64,000 bases of DNA from Nitrospirota bacterium. GTDB lineage: Bacteria; Nitrospirota; UBA9217. The notes beneath the pieces are model-generated. The model did no database searches. It had not been told where the DNA came from and saw only the letters and a program-made list of their open reading frames with translations. Shown here piece by piece: positions 39,221 to 48,783 of this stretch (position 1 is the stretch's first letter; each line of letters begins with the position of its first letter). The position numbers and the translations under genes are program-made. The DNA lies in assembly GCA_963663225.1 (NCBI GenBank), contig OY760142.1:1696001-1760000 (forward strand), written 5' to 3'.

Positions 39221-40432
39221 GTGAAGAATCTAATGATCTACCACGCAAACCAAAAGCCCATGCTCCGATTTCTTGTAGTGATGACCGCCGCTTCCATGAT
39301 CGGGCTGCAAGGGTATTCCATTCTGTTCAACAACTATGCCGTCGAAGTGATCAACCTCGACGGCAACGGCGTCGGTCTGATCCAGTCGGTGCGGGAAATA
39401 CCGGGATTACTGTCGCTTCTGGCGGTTTTTCTGCTGCTGGTAGTCAAGGAGCACCGTCTTGCCGCTCTTTCCATCGCGCTGCTCGGGCTCGGCACCGCGC
39501 TCACCGGGATTCTGCCCACCTTCTGGGGCCTGGTCTTCACGACGCTGATCATGAGTTTCGGTTTCCATTATTACGAAACAACCAATCAGTCGCTTACTCT
39601 GCAGTATTTTTCGACCGGTGTATCGCCGATAGTGTTCGGCAGACTGCGGAGCCTTGCCGCCGCTTCAAGCATCGCATCGGGGGTCCTCATCTGGATACTG
39701 GGGTATTTTCTGGAGTATCAGGGAATATTTCTGATCGTGGGCGGACTTGTTGTCGTCGCGGGGATTTGGGGGATGCTGCAGGACCCCACGCACAAGAATA
39801 TCGCGCCGCAGCGGCAGCGGATGGTTTTCAAAAAGAAATACATGCTGTACTACATTTTGACTTTTTTGTCCGGCGCCCGCAGACAGATATTCACGGTCTT
39901 CTCCATATTCCTGCTGGTGAAAAACTTTCATTTTTCCGTGCGGGAGATGACCGTGCTGTTTATCGTGAACAATACCATTGCCTGGGTACTAAACCCGCTG
40001 ATAGGCAGGGCAATCGTCAAATTTGGTGAACGCAGGATATCATCCGTTGAATATGCCGGTGTGATTCTGATTTTTCTGGTCTATGCCTTTACCGGTTCGA
40101 AGATGCTGGCAGCGTCCATGTATATTCTTGATAACATTCTGTTCAATTTTTCGGTGGCGATTCGCACGTATTTTCAAAAGATCGGAGAACCGGAAGACAT
40201 TGCTTCTTCCATGGCCGTGGGCTTCACGATCAATCATATTGCGGCGGTATTTCTTCCTGCGCTGGGCGGACTGCTCTGGATGATCGATTACCGCATTCCG
40301 TTCATTGTCGGGGCCGTTCTCGGGGGAGCGTCTCTGATTGCCGCGCAGTTTATGCGTCCGCCGCATGATCCGGACGAACCGGGAGGCGAAGCGCTTCCAG
40401 TGTACACTGCCGCTGAAACGGAAAAGATATGA
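39221..40432 (+). CDS. MFS-type membrane transporter
   Basis: Polytopic ORF with QSVREIPG, SFGFHYYET, SGARRQIF and FTINHIAAV conserved blocks. Confidence 0.85.
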   Translation: MKNLMIYHANQKPMLRFLVVMTAASMIGLQGYSILFNNYAVEVINLDGNGVGLIQSVREIPGLLSLLAVFLLLVVKEHRLAALSIALLGLGTALTGILPTFWGLVFTTLIMSFGFHYYETTNQSLTLQYFSTGVSPIVFGRLRSLAAASSIASGVLIWILGYFLEYQGIFLIVGGLVVVAGIWGMLQDPTHKNIAPQRQRMVFKKKYMLYYILTFLSGARRQIFTVFSIFLLVKNFHFSVREMTVLFIVNNTIAWVLNPLIGRAIVKFGERRISSVEYAGVILIFLVYAFTGSKMLAASMYILDNILFNFSVAIRTYFQKIGEPEDIASSMAVGFTINHIAAVFLPALGGLLWMIDYRIPFIVGAVLGGASLIAAQFMRPPHDPDEPGGEALPVYTAAETEKI

Positions 40433-40545
40433 TGCTGAATTATATATGCAGAAGCGCATAAAATTTCTTGCCAAATCGCGACGGATACATATACTGACGG
40501 AGAAGACATAGTGATTCCTGAGTGGAATAAAAAGGAGATTCCGGC

Positions 40546-41838
40546 ATGAAAGAAACCTCTGTCGCAGCACGTGCAAAACGCAAGGCATATCTGAACATTG
40601 TCTTGCCGCTGTTTATCACCTCCGTCATTGCGTATCTCGACCGGGTGAACATCGGCTATGCAGCACTGACCATGAACAAGGACCTGGGGCTTACCGCTCA
40701 AATGTTCGGCATGGGAGCGGGGATATTTTTTGCCGGTTATATCCTGTTTGAAATACCCGGGGCGCTAATCGCGGAGAAATACTCGCCGAGAATCTGGCTG
40801 GCGCGCATCATGCTCACGTGGGGGCTGGTGTCCGGACTGATGGCTTTCATGGTCAATGAATGGCACTTTTATATTTTGCGGTTTCTGCTGGGCGCTGCCG
40901 AAGCAAGCTTGTATCCCGTTATCTATGCCTCGTGCATCCCGCGCTGGTTTGGCCCGAAGGATCGGGCGCGGGCAATCGCCATTCTTCTGACCTCGTTGCA
41001 GATTTCCGGTATTGTCGGAGCGCCCATGGCAGGCTGGCTGCTCGGGGTGCCCCTGTTCGGTTTCAAAGGCTGGCAGGGCTTGTTTATCATTGAGTCCGTG
41101 CCCGCGATCCTTTTTGCTTTCATAATCATCTATTGGATGGCGGACCGTCCAAGCGAAGCAAAGTGGCTGACGGCAGAAGAAAAGAAATTTCTCACGGAAC
41201 AGTATGAAAAGGAAGTTGCTGCAAAAGTCGCAGTCAGGCATTATACGGTACTGCAGGCGTTCAGAGAGCCGGAAGTGCTTAAACTTTGCCTGGCGTATTT
41301 TTTATGGATAACCGGTTTCTGGGGTTTTAATTACTGGATGCCGACCGTGCTTAAATCACTGTCCGGGTGGTCCAATCTTGCCATCGGCTGGCTCATGGCA
41401 ATTCCCATGGGAATTTCACTCCTTACCATGCTGTATATCGGCCACTCTTCGTCAAAAAAGCGTGAAAAGAGATGGCATGGCGCCATTGGAATGTTTATCG
41501 GAGCAATCGGTCTCGGAGTCGGCGTGTTTATCAAGGACCCCTGGATTGCCTTCTTTTTTGTGATTCTTGCGGGAATCGGCGTTTTCGCGCCGTTTGGCGT
41601 CTGGTGGTCCTATCCGACAACCTTTCTGTCAGGTACTGCCGCCGCCGGAGCCATTGGTCTGATAAATTCCTGCGGCAATGTCGGCGGATTCGTCGGGCCG
41701 TATGTGACCGGCTGGATCAAGCAGGCGACCGGAACGTTTACCGGCGCCTGGGTATATTTGGCCATTTCTCTTACGCTGGCGGGGCTGCTGATCCTCACGT
41801 TTAAAAAAGACCTGCCTGCCGACGGAGTGGAACCATAA
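40546..41838 (+). CDS. MFS transporter, anion:cation symporter (TtuB-like) family
   Basis: YLDRVNIG.A, GIFFAGY.LFEIP, RFLLG.AEA and AAGAIGLINS.GN.GGF.GP motifs. Confidence 0.92.
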   Translation: MKETSVAARAKRKAYLNIVLPLFITSVIAYLDRVNIGYAALTMNKDLGLTAQMFGMGAGIFFAGYILFEIPGALIAEKYSPRIWLARIMLTWGLVSGLMAFMVNEWHFYILRFLLGAAEASLYPVIYASCIPRWFGPKDRARAIAILLTSLQISGIVGAPMAGWLLGVPLFGFKGWQGLFIIESVPAILFAFIIIYWMADRPSEAKWLTAEEKKFLTEQYEKEVAAKVAVRHYTVLQAFREPEVLKLCLAYFLWITGFWGFNYWMPTVLKSLSGWSNLAIGWLMAIPMGISLLTMLYIGHSSSKKREKRWHGAIGMFIGAIGLGVGVFIKDPWIAFFFVILAGIGVFAPFGVWWSYPTTFLSGTAAAGAIGLINSCGNVGGFVGPYVTGWIKQATGTFTGAWVYLAISLTLAGLLILTFKKDLPADGVEP

Positions 41839-41959
41839 CCCTCGACGAAACTCGAGGGATGTTATGTCGCCGGTGTTGATATGCCGGCACTTCCACCGCA
41901 AGTTTTCGATGTGATGATCAAAGGTTTCAAAACGAGCGATGGTGCTGTATAATAATCAT

Positions 41960-42922
41960 ATGTATCTGCCGCTATTTTTGGGTCTTGCCGTCGGCGTGGC
42001 GTTTGGATATGTGTCGCAGCGCGGACGATTCTGAATGCTCTCGACCTGCTACGAGGTCGTGACCGGCCGTGAGCCGAACATGCTGAGAGCGTATCTGCTG
42101 GCAGTGCTCGTGCAGATGCTTGCGGTAAATGTGCTGGCGGAGTTCGGATATCTGCGGGTAGCTGTTCCGCCGTATTTCGGGTTTGCGACCATCATCGCCG
42201 GATTCATTTTCGGCATCGGGATGGTGCTTTCGGTCGGATGCGCAGGCGCCGTGTTCTACCGGGTCGGCGAAGGGAAGCTTGACTATCTTTACGTGGTGGC
42301 TGCGTTTGCCCTGTCTGCCTGGTTCAGCAACGACTGGCTGGTCGGGCCAATCCATCGGTTTTTCCACGGCACGAACACCTCCGCGACCCTCCACCATGCC
42401 TTGACAATTGATCGTCTGCTTCTTGCCGTGACTATTGCTGTGGCGCTCACTCTCTGGGTCATCAGGGGGCGCAACCACGCGGCCCAGGGAATCTGGAAGT
42501 GGCCGGCCACCGGCCTGTGCATCGGCCTGATCGGCATTGCAGCGTGGACTGTACGCGCTGCCGGCGGCAAACCGTATGGGCTTGGGACCATGCAGGGCAG
42601 CGATGGACTTGCGACGTTATTGCTTCAGTGGGACGTATCAGCGATTGACGGGAGCCTGCTGATGGTCCTGGGCATTCCTCTGGGTTCCTTCATCGCTTCC
42701 CGCACCCGCGGCAAATCACCGGGGTTGCCTCTTCATTCCAAGCGGATCATTCGTGCCATTGCAGGAGGACTTCTCATGGGAACGTCGGCCGCTGTTGCCG
42801 CCGGCGACAACATGCTTCACGGCCTGAGCGGTGTCCCGATTCTTGCGGTCAGCAGTTTTCTTTTCATGCTGTTCATGTTTCTTGGAGTATGGGCAGGGAT
42901 AAAGCTCAACTGGCTTCGTTGA
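41960..42922 (+). CDS. YeeE/YedE (TsuA-like) sulfur/selenium-compound transporter, predicted selenoprotein (TGA 42032-42034 = Sec25)
   Basis: ATG 41960 gives MYLPLFLGLAVGVAFGYVSQRGRF, then TGA, then the 295-aa track ORF in frame. The TGA sits at the Cys of the family motif G-x3-QRGRFC; GMVLSVGC...YRVGEG follows. Confidence 0.85.
42042..42059 (+). promoter_or_regulatory. Candidate bacterial SECIS hairpin for the YeeE-like gene
   Basis: CGACCT-GCTACG-AGGTCG is a perfect 6-bp stem starting 8 nt after the TGA, with G first in the loop. Confidence 0.55.
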
Positions 42923-42984
42923 ATATCGTGCAATTTTTGAAAATCACTGTGCTAGCCGGGCCGTATGACGGCAATGACCGATGT

Positions 42985-44178
42985 TCAGGGCGCTTTCCTG
43001 AGGACCATGTCTTTCAGCACCTCTCCCAGGAGCCGAATACCGGTGTTGATGGTTTCCTCATCGACACAGGAAAAATTCAGCCGCAGGGTGTTCATGCCTT
43101 TTTTCCCCACGTAAAAGGGATCGCCCGGCACGAAGACAACCTTTTTCTCAACCGCGCGCTCGAACACGGTGAGCGCCGAAACCGTTTCGGGTAGCGTTAT
43201 CCAGAGAAACATTCCGCCTTCAGGTTGGGTATACGTGATTTCGGACGGGAAATGCTTCCGTATCGCTGCAACCATTGCTTCGCGCTGTCTTCCGTAGGCC
43301 TGCCTGATCGTGGCGATGTGCCGGTCCAGATCGTTATCTTTCAGATACTGCAGGATGATTTTTTGACCGAGATAATTCGTGTGCAGGTCTGACGCCTGCT
43401 TTGCGATAATCAATTTTTCCATCAGCTGGTCATTTGCCGTGATCCAGCCTATCCGCAGTGAAGGCGCCACGATCTTGGAAAATGATCCCAGCATTACCGT
43501 CGTATCCGGCATCAGCCGGTAAAAAGAAGGCTTGTCCTGCCCCAGAAAACGCAGCTCTCCATAAGGATCATCCTCGACAAGAATGGTTTTCCTGCCTTTC
43601 ATAACGGCTGCCGCTGCCTGCCGGTTTTCCTCCGTGTAGCTTATTCCCGCCGGGTTCTGGAAGTTCGGAACGCAGTAAAAAAGCTTGGGCGAAGCGTTTG
43701 CGAACACTCTGCGAAGGGCGGCAACATCAATCCCGTCGTTGTTCAGAGGAACCGTCAGGAACGCGGGTTTATAGAGTGAAAAAGCCTGGATCGCCCCCAG
43801 ATAAGCAGGCTCCTCGATGACGACTCCGTCGCCCTCATCCAGAAGTGTCTTTCCGAGCAGGTCAAGGCCCTGCTGTGAACCGGTCGTAATCAGAATATTG
43901 CCGGGGTTTATGGTGATGCCTTTTTTCTGTGTATACCGCTGTGCGATCCAGGTGCGCAGTTCCAGGTCGCCTTCGGATGAACTGTATTGGAGAACCTCTT
44001 TTCCCCGTTCATCGAGGACCTTGTCCGCTGCTGCCCGGATTTCCTTGACCGGAAAAAGATTCCGGTTCGGAAGTCCCCCGGCAAAGGAGATGATGGATTC
44101 ATCGACCGTTACCTTCAGAATCTCTCTGATAAAGGACCGCGGTACGTCGGTAATTCTATCGGAAAAAATATCGTTCAC
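42985..44178 (-). CDS. PLP-dependent class I aminotransferase (LysN/2-aminoadipate-like)
   Basis: ISFAGGLP, FQNP.G, EDDPYGEL and GSFSK...LRIGW motifs. Confidence 0.92.
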   Translation of the reverse strand: MNDIFSDRITDVPRSFIREILKVTVDESIISFAGGLPNRNLFPVKEIRAAADKVLDERGKEVLQYSSSEGDLELRTWIAQRYTQKKGITINPGNILITTGSQQGLDLLGKTLLDEGDGVVIEEPAYLGAIQAFSLYKPAFLTVPLNNDGIDVAALRRVFANASPKLFYCVPNFQNPAGISYTEENRQAAAAVMKGRKTILVEDDPYGELRFLGQDKPSFYRLMPDTTVMLGSFSKIVAPSLRIGWITANDQLMEKLIIAKQASDLHTNYLGQKIILQYLKDNDLDRHIATIRQAYGRQREAMVAAIRKHFPSEITYTQPEGGMFLWITLPETVSALTVFERAVEKKVVFVPGDPFYVGKKGMNTLRLNFSCVDEETINTGIRLLGEVLKDMVLRKAP

Positions 44179-45605
44179 AATGCCCTCCTGGTCCGCTCTT
44201 TTTGTGCAAGAGTGCCGAGCGTCTTTACAGCTTCTTTAATTGTTTCGTTCCAGCCCGATGCGTTGAGCCTCAGAAAATTGCGGAATTTCCGGCGCGATGA
44301 AAAAATGGGACCCGGAGCAAAGCTGATTCCCGATCCCAGAGCCTTTTCGTAAAGACTGAGGCTGTTAATATGCGGCGGCAGCTCGACCCAGAGCACCTGC
44401 CCGCCCTGCGGTCTCGAAACTTTTGTCCCTGACGGAAAATCTTTTAAAACAGCTTCCGCCAGAAGGCCGGCATTCCGCGCGTATACTGTCCGTATGGACC
44501 GCAGGTGGCGATCGTAGCCTGAGCGGGAAAGGAATAGAGCCAGTGCCAGCTGAGGAGGCGTCGATACCGCCAGGTTGGTAATGGATTTAATCCGCTCGAT
44601 TTTTTCGCAGAATTTTCCGGGAACAATCCATCCGACCCGATAACCCGGCGCGATGGTCTTGGAAAAAGACGAGCAGAGCAGGACCATTCCCGCTTTGTCA
44701 TATGCTTTGGCGACTGTTGGCCTTCGGTACGAATACGAAAGGTCGCCGTAGGTATCATCTTCGATGAGCGGAATATCATAACGGAGAAGCAGCTCGACCA
44801 GCTCTTTTTTACGATCGTCCGGCATGCAGCTTCCGAGCGGATTGCTGAAGTTCGTCATGAACAGACAGGCTTTTATCCGGTTGCGTTTGATTGCACTTCG
44901 CAGTGCGTCGAGGTTGACGCCTTCCCGCGCGTGCGAGGGGATTTCAAGTGCTTTCAGACCGAGCATCTCGATTGCCTGCAGAAAATTGTAATACGTGGGT
45001 GATTCGATTGCCACGGCATCGCCGGGTTTGCAGAGGACCTTTAACGCAAGGATGATCGCTTCCTGGCAGCCCGAAGTGATGACGATGTCGTCAGGAGAAA
45101 AGGTGCATCCTGCCGTGAGCGCTCTCCGGGCGATCTGGGTCCTCAATTCTTTGCACCCGGGTGAGAACTCATATTCCAGATTTCTCGCGGGATATATTCG
45201 TGCGGCAGCGGCAAGGGCCCGGTTGATCCTGTGGACGGGAAGCAGTTCCGGGGCCGGAATGGCGGCACCCAGCCTGATTAAATCGGGCTTCCGGTCGTTA
45301 TTGAAGACCGTTGTCACGAGATCATCTATGTTCACCTTGGTCGGGGTTGCCGAGGGCCGCGAAAGGGAAATTTCCGGATGCCCCCCTGCCGCAGGAGGCA
45401 GCACGTAATAGCCCGATTGAGGACGGCATTCCACGAGCTGCTGGTCCTCAAGCAGCCGATACGCTTCCATGACCGTGGCAATGCTTACTTTCATCTGCGC
45501 CTTCAGGCTGCGTATGGAAGGAATTTTGTCGCCGGGATGATACGTTCCCGTTGCTATCAGATGTTCGATGCGCCCGGCTATTGATTCGTAGAGAGTCGTT
45601 TTCAT
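44175..45605 (-). CDS. MocR-family regulator (GntR HTH plus aminotransferase domain)
   Basis: LY..IA..I...I..G...PGDKIPSIR HTH, followed by FSNPLG, EDD.Y and SSFSKT.APGYRVGW. Confidence 0.93.
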   Translation of the reverse strand: MKTTLYESIAGRIEHLIATGTYHPGDKIPSIRSLKAQMKVSIATVMEAYRLLEDQQLVECRPQSGYYVLPPAAGGHPEISLSRPSATPTKVNIDDLVTTVFNNDRKPDLIRLGAAIPAPELLPVHRINRALAAAARIYPARNLEYEFSPGCKELRTQIARRALTAGCTFSPDDIVITSGCQEAIILALKVLCKPGDAVAIESPTYYNFLQAIEMLGLKALEIPSHAREGVNLDALRSAIKRNRIKACLFMTNFSNPLGSCMPDDRKKELVELLLRYDIPLIEDDTYGDLSYSYRRPTVAKAYDKAGMVLLCSSFSKTIAPGYRVGWIVPGKFCEKIERIKSITNLAVSTPPQLALALFLSRSGYDRHLRSIRTVYARNAGLLAEAVLKDFPSGTKVSRPQGGQVLWVELPPHINSLSLYEKALGSGISFAPGPIFSSRRKFRNFLRLNASGWNETIKEAVKTLGTLAQKERTRRAL

Positions 45606-45682
45606 CTCAGTACTCCTGACGTCGCGGCACTGCTACTGTACGCCCGGAAAGCAGGTCCGCGCAAGGTGCAGTTGATGCGTTC

Positions 45683-45726
45683 TGCAACCAGTACAGTATT
45701 AGTATCACAAAACTGTTATGGTTGCA
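45683..45726. promoter_or_regulatory. Inverted repeat, putative MocR operator
   Basis: TGCAACCAGTACAGT-N14-ACTGTTATGGTTGCA (13 of 15 complementary), between the divergent MocR and DUF2917 genes. Confidence 0.55.
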
Positions 45727-45793
45727 ATCTTGGTTGCTCGTATCTGTATTTAACAACAATCCTGCTGTACGATGCTCCGACAAGAGGATTGCC

Positions 45794-46090
45794 ATGAAGA
45801 ACAGAAATAAGTCGGGAAAAAGAACATCCCGGAATCTTACTGCTCCGGCGGGAGATGCAAAGCTGATCAGGCTTGGTTGCGGTGACCTGTTCCCTGTAGA
45901 GGTACGGAGTTGGCCTGTGGAAATATGCTATATCAGCGGCACACTATGGGTTACCCAAGCGGGTGATCTGCAGGATCATATTGTTTCCTGTGGTAATGCC
46001 TTCACAACTGATCGAAAGGGCCGAGTGGTAGTTTGGGCGATGACCGCTGATGTTGTGGTCAAGATGCGGAATAACGGTCCGATTACATAG
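45794..46090 (+). CDS. DUF2917-like small protein
   Basis: SGTLWVTQAGD..DHIV..G motif and a GAGGA RBS, divergent from the MocR gene. Confidence 0.75.
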   Translation: MKNRNKSGKRTSRNLTAPAGDAKLIRLGCGDLFPVEVRSWPVEICYISGTLWVTQAGDLQDHIVSCGNAFTTDRKGRVVVWAMTADVVVKMRNNGPIT

Positions 46091-46232
46091 CTGCTGTAAC
46101 GAGTTGAAGGCTTTTACTTCGGCTGTCAAAAACCGAAATTATGCTCATGACTTTCTCGGCAAGATGGAATCGATTGACCAAAAAACAAAGAATTATGTGG
46201 AACAAAATTATTTTTTGTGTTACTATGGTTGT

Positions 46233-47228
46233 ATGCGTGACACTATACATGTGCGGGAATTGGAAGTCGGCATGTTCGTCCTTCTTCCCTATTCGTGGCT
46301 GAAACCGCCCTTCATCAGCCGTGAATTCAAAATTACCTCGCAGGACCAGATTGATAAGATCGTTGACTATGGCTTGGCCACCATCATTATCGATACGGAA
46401 CGAGGGGCACGCCCGCAAGCCGCATCCTCCGAAGTTTCTGAATCCCCGGCCGTATATCCTGTAAAAACATGGGAGCCCGAGAAGCTGGTCCCGCCCGAGC
46501 TGCGTGAGGCCATTCACGACGAGAAACTTCCTCCGGAAAAAAAATCCAAAGTAGTGTATCAATGTTCTTTGGAGCTTATGGGCCGGTTGTTCGACGACCC
46601 CAAGACGGAAAATATCAGAGAAGCAAAGTCCGGGATCACCGAGATCGTTGATCTTATCATCTCGGATGACGCAACGTCGGCCGCGCTGCTTGAAATCACG
46701 TCGTACGATTACTATACCTATGCCCATTCGGTGAACGTGGGCGTCTTTTCCGTCCTGCTTGCCAAGTCTCTCTACAAAGGTTCAGACGCACATAACATGC
46801 ATGAACTGGGAGCGGGATTTTTCCTGCATGATATCGGGAAGGTCCGCATCGCTCCGGAAATCGTCAACAAACCGGACAGACTTACCGATGACGAAATGGC
46901 AATCATGAGAACCCATCCCGACCAGGGGTACACGATTCTTTCGGAAACGGAGCACTTGACGGAGGAATGCAAAATCATCGTCTCGCAGCATCATGAGCGA
47001 CACGACAGCACCGGATATCCAAAAAAGCTCAAGGGAGAAGAGATACACTCCTACGGTCGCATCTGCAGCATTGCGGACGTGTATGATGCGCTCACTGCGG
47101 AACGGTCTTATAAAAAGAAACTGGACACCTACAGCGCGCTCAAAATCATGAAAGAACAGCTTTTGAACCATTTTCACCAGGAACTATTCGAGCATTTTGT
47201 ATTGCTCTTTGCCCAATCCAGACGATAA
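46233..47228 (+). CDS. HD-GYP cyclic-di-GMP phosphodiesterase with a DUF3391-like N-terminus
   Basis: I.V.EL.VGMFV, YT..HSVNV, LHDIGK, HHERHDSTGYP and IADVYDALT..RSYK. Start trimmed to ATG 46233. Confidence 0.9.
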   Translation: MRDTIHVRELEVGMFVLLPYSWLKPPFISREFKITSQDQIDKIVDYGLATIIIDTERGARPQAASSEVSESPAVYPVKTWEPEKLVPPELREAIHDEKLPPEKKSKVVYQCSLELMGRLFDDPKTENIREAKSGITEIVDLIISDDATSAALLEITSYDYYTYAHSVNVGVFSVLLAKSLYKGSDAHNMHELGAGFFLHDIGKVRIAPEIVNKPDRLTDDEMAIMRTHPDQGYTILSETEHLTEECKIIVSQHHERHDSTGYPKKLKGEEIHSYGRICSIADVYDALTAERSYKKKLDTYSALKIMKEQLLNHFHQELFEHFVLLFAQSRR

Positions 47229-47457
47229 TCCACAGAAACCTCCACTGATTTCATTTGTTTTCGGAAGCGTTCTGCCTCCCTGAAAAAGTACGATGTTTTT
47301 CCGGCATGGTCGTAATAAAGTTGCTAAACTAGTAAATGAATTATATGATATTGTGCATGGGATTGCGCAGACCGGGCCAAAACAAAGAGGAAAATATCAG
47401 CTACAGCGTCTGACAACGTTTGCCAAAAAGGCAGTCCGGACTAAAGGGGGATTTATC

Positions 47458-47790
47458 ATGACCGAGTATTATAAAGCAGAAGATCTTGAAAAGTTTGGCG
47501 ATGTGGGAAAATACAATCCTGCACTGTTCAAAAAATTCATGGACTGGTACACGGCGTCGCTTGAGCCCGGCATGCTTACCAAACGTGAAAAGGTGCTGAT
47601 CGGCGTGGCGATTGCGCACGCTATTCAGTGCCCGTACTGCATAGACGCCTACACCAAGTCCAGCATCGAAGAAGGACTGAGTCTGGAGCATATCACGGAA
47701 GCGGTTCACGTGGCTTCAGCCATTCGGGGCGGGGCATCGCTCATTCACGCGCTTCAAGCACGGAACGCAGTTGATAGAAACTCTCTGTAG
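47458..47790 (+). CDS. AhpD/CMD-like peroxidase-related protein, partner of ArsS-type radical SAM enzymes
   Basis: YY...DL.KF, LT.REK.LI, CPYCIDAY and EAVHVA.AIRGGASL.H motifs. Confidence 0.88.
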   Translation: MTEYYKAEDLEKFGDVGKYNPALFKKFMDWYTASLEPGMLTKREKVLIGVAIAHAIQCPYCIDAYTKSSIEEGLSLEHITEAVHVASAIRGGASLIHALQARNAVDRNSL

Positions 47791-47816
47791 GTACCATAAT
47801 AAAATAAAAAGCGCAT

Positions 47817-48770
47817 ATGAAATTCCAAGACAAAGTCATTGAAACCGGGGAAAAACCGCTGCAGGCCCTGCAAAGCAGAATATTGCAGGCAAACCTGGGC
47901 TATCGCTGCAATATGGGTTGCAAGCATTGCCATGTGTCCGGTGGACCGGCACGGCCCGAGGTGATGGACCAAAAAACCGCGGAGCAGGTCCTTCGGGTCT
48001 TTCTGGAGAATCCCTTTGAGTTGCTGGATCTCACGGGCGGCGCCCCGGAATTGAACCCGTCCTTTCGGCTGATGGTGGCTGAAGCGCGCGGGGCGGAACG
48101 GAAGGTCTTGTCCCGGACAAACCTTACGATCTTTTTTGAAAAGGGAATGGAATATCTTCCGGAGTTTTACCGGGAGCATCAGGTTGAGTTGATCGCATCG
48201 CTTCCGTATTATCTTGAGGAGAACGTTGACCGCGTGCGCGGCGCTGGCGTGTATAGGAAAAGTATTGAGTCCCTTCAGGTGCTGAACCGGCTGGGCTTCG
48301 GCATGGAATCATCGAATCTCACCATCAGTCTTGTCTATAATCCGCAGGGGATGTTTTTCGCGCCCGACCAGCAGACCCTTGAGTCGGAATTCAAGCGTGA
48401 ACTCAGGGAACGGTACGGCGTTTTCTTCACTCGGTTGTACACATTCACGAATATGCCGATCGGCAGGTTCAGGGACTATCTGATCAGAACGAATAATCTG
48501 AACGCTTACATGGAAAAACTTTCGCGCGCGTTTAATCCGGCTACCCTTGACAATGTCATGTGCAGGCATCTGGTGAATGTAGGATGGGATGGAACGTTGT
48601 ATGACTGCGACTTCAACCAGGTGCTTGGACTCGGCATGCATGCGGATTTGCCGCGGCATATTACGGGTTTTAATTACGCGAAGTTCACGGGCCGCACTAT
48701 TACCGTTGATGACCATTGCTACGGCTGCACGGCCGGGCAAGGATCGTCCTGAGTGGGCGCGGTTGCCTAG
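47817..48770 (+). CDS. arsS: ArsS-type radical SAM protein, predicted selenoprotein (TGA 48750-48752 = Sec312; true stop TAG 48768-48770)
   Basis: CNMGCKHC, DLTGGAPELN, LVYNP.G, NMPIGRF and YDCDFNQ motifs. The C-terminus HCYGCTAGQGSS-TGA-VGAVA-TAG matches the family ending CTAG.GSSCGGA. Confidence 0.85.
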
Positions 48771-48783
48771 CAGGCGGTCGCCT
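48755..48783 (+). promoter_or_regulatory. Candidate bacterial SECIS hairpin for arsS
   Basis: GGGCG/CGCCT lower stem and GTTGCCT-AGC-AGGCGGT upper stem, with the loop G 18 nt after the TGA. Confidence 0.55.

Noticed and set aside
47293-47457. N-terminal extensions in the ORF track (also at 361, 20119, 22419, 29715, 46050, 55193 and 61256)
   Set aside because: Family homology and RBS or promoter positions favour the downstream starts used in the feature list.
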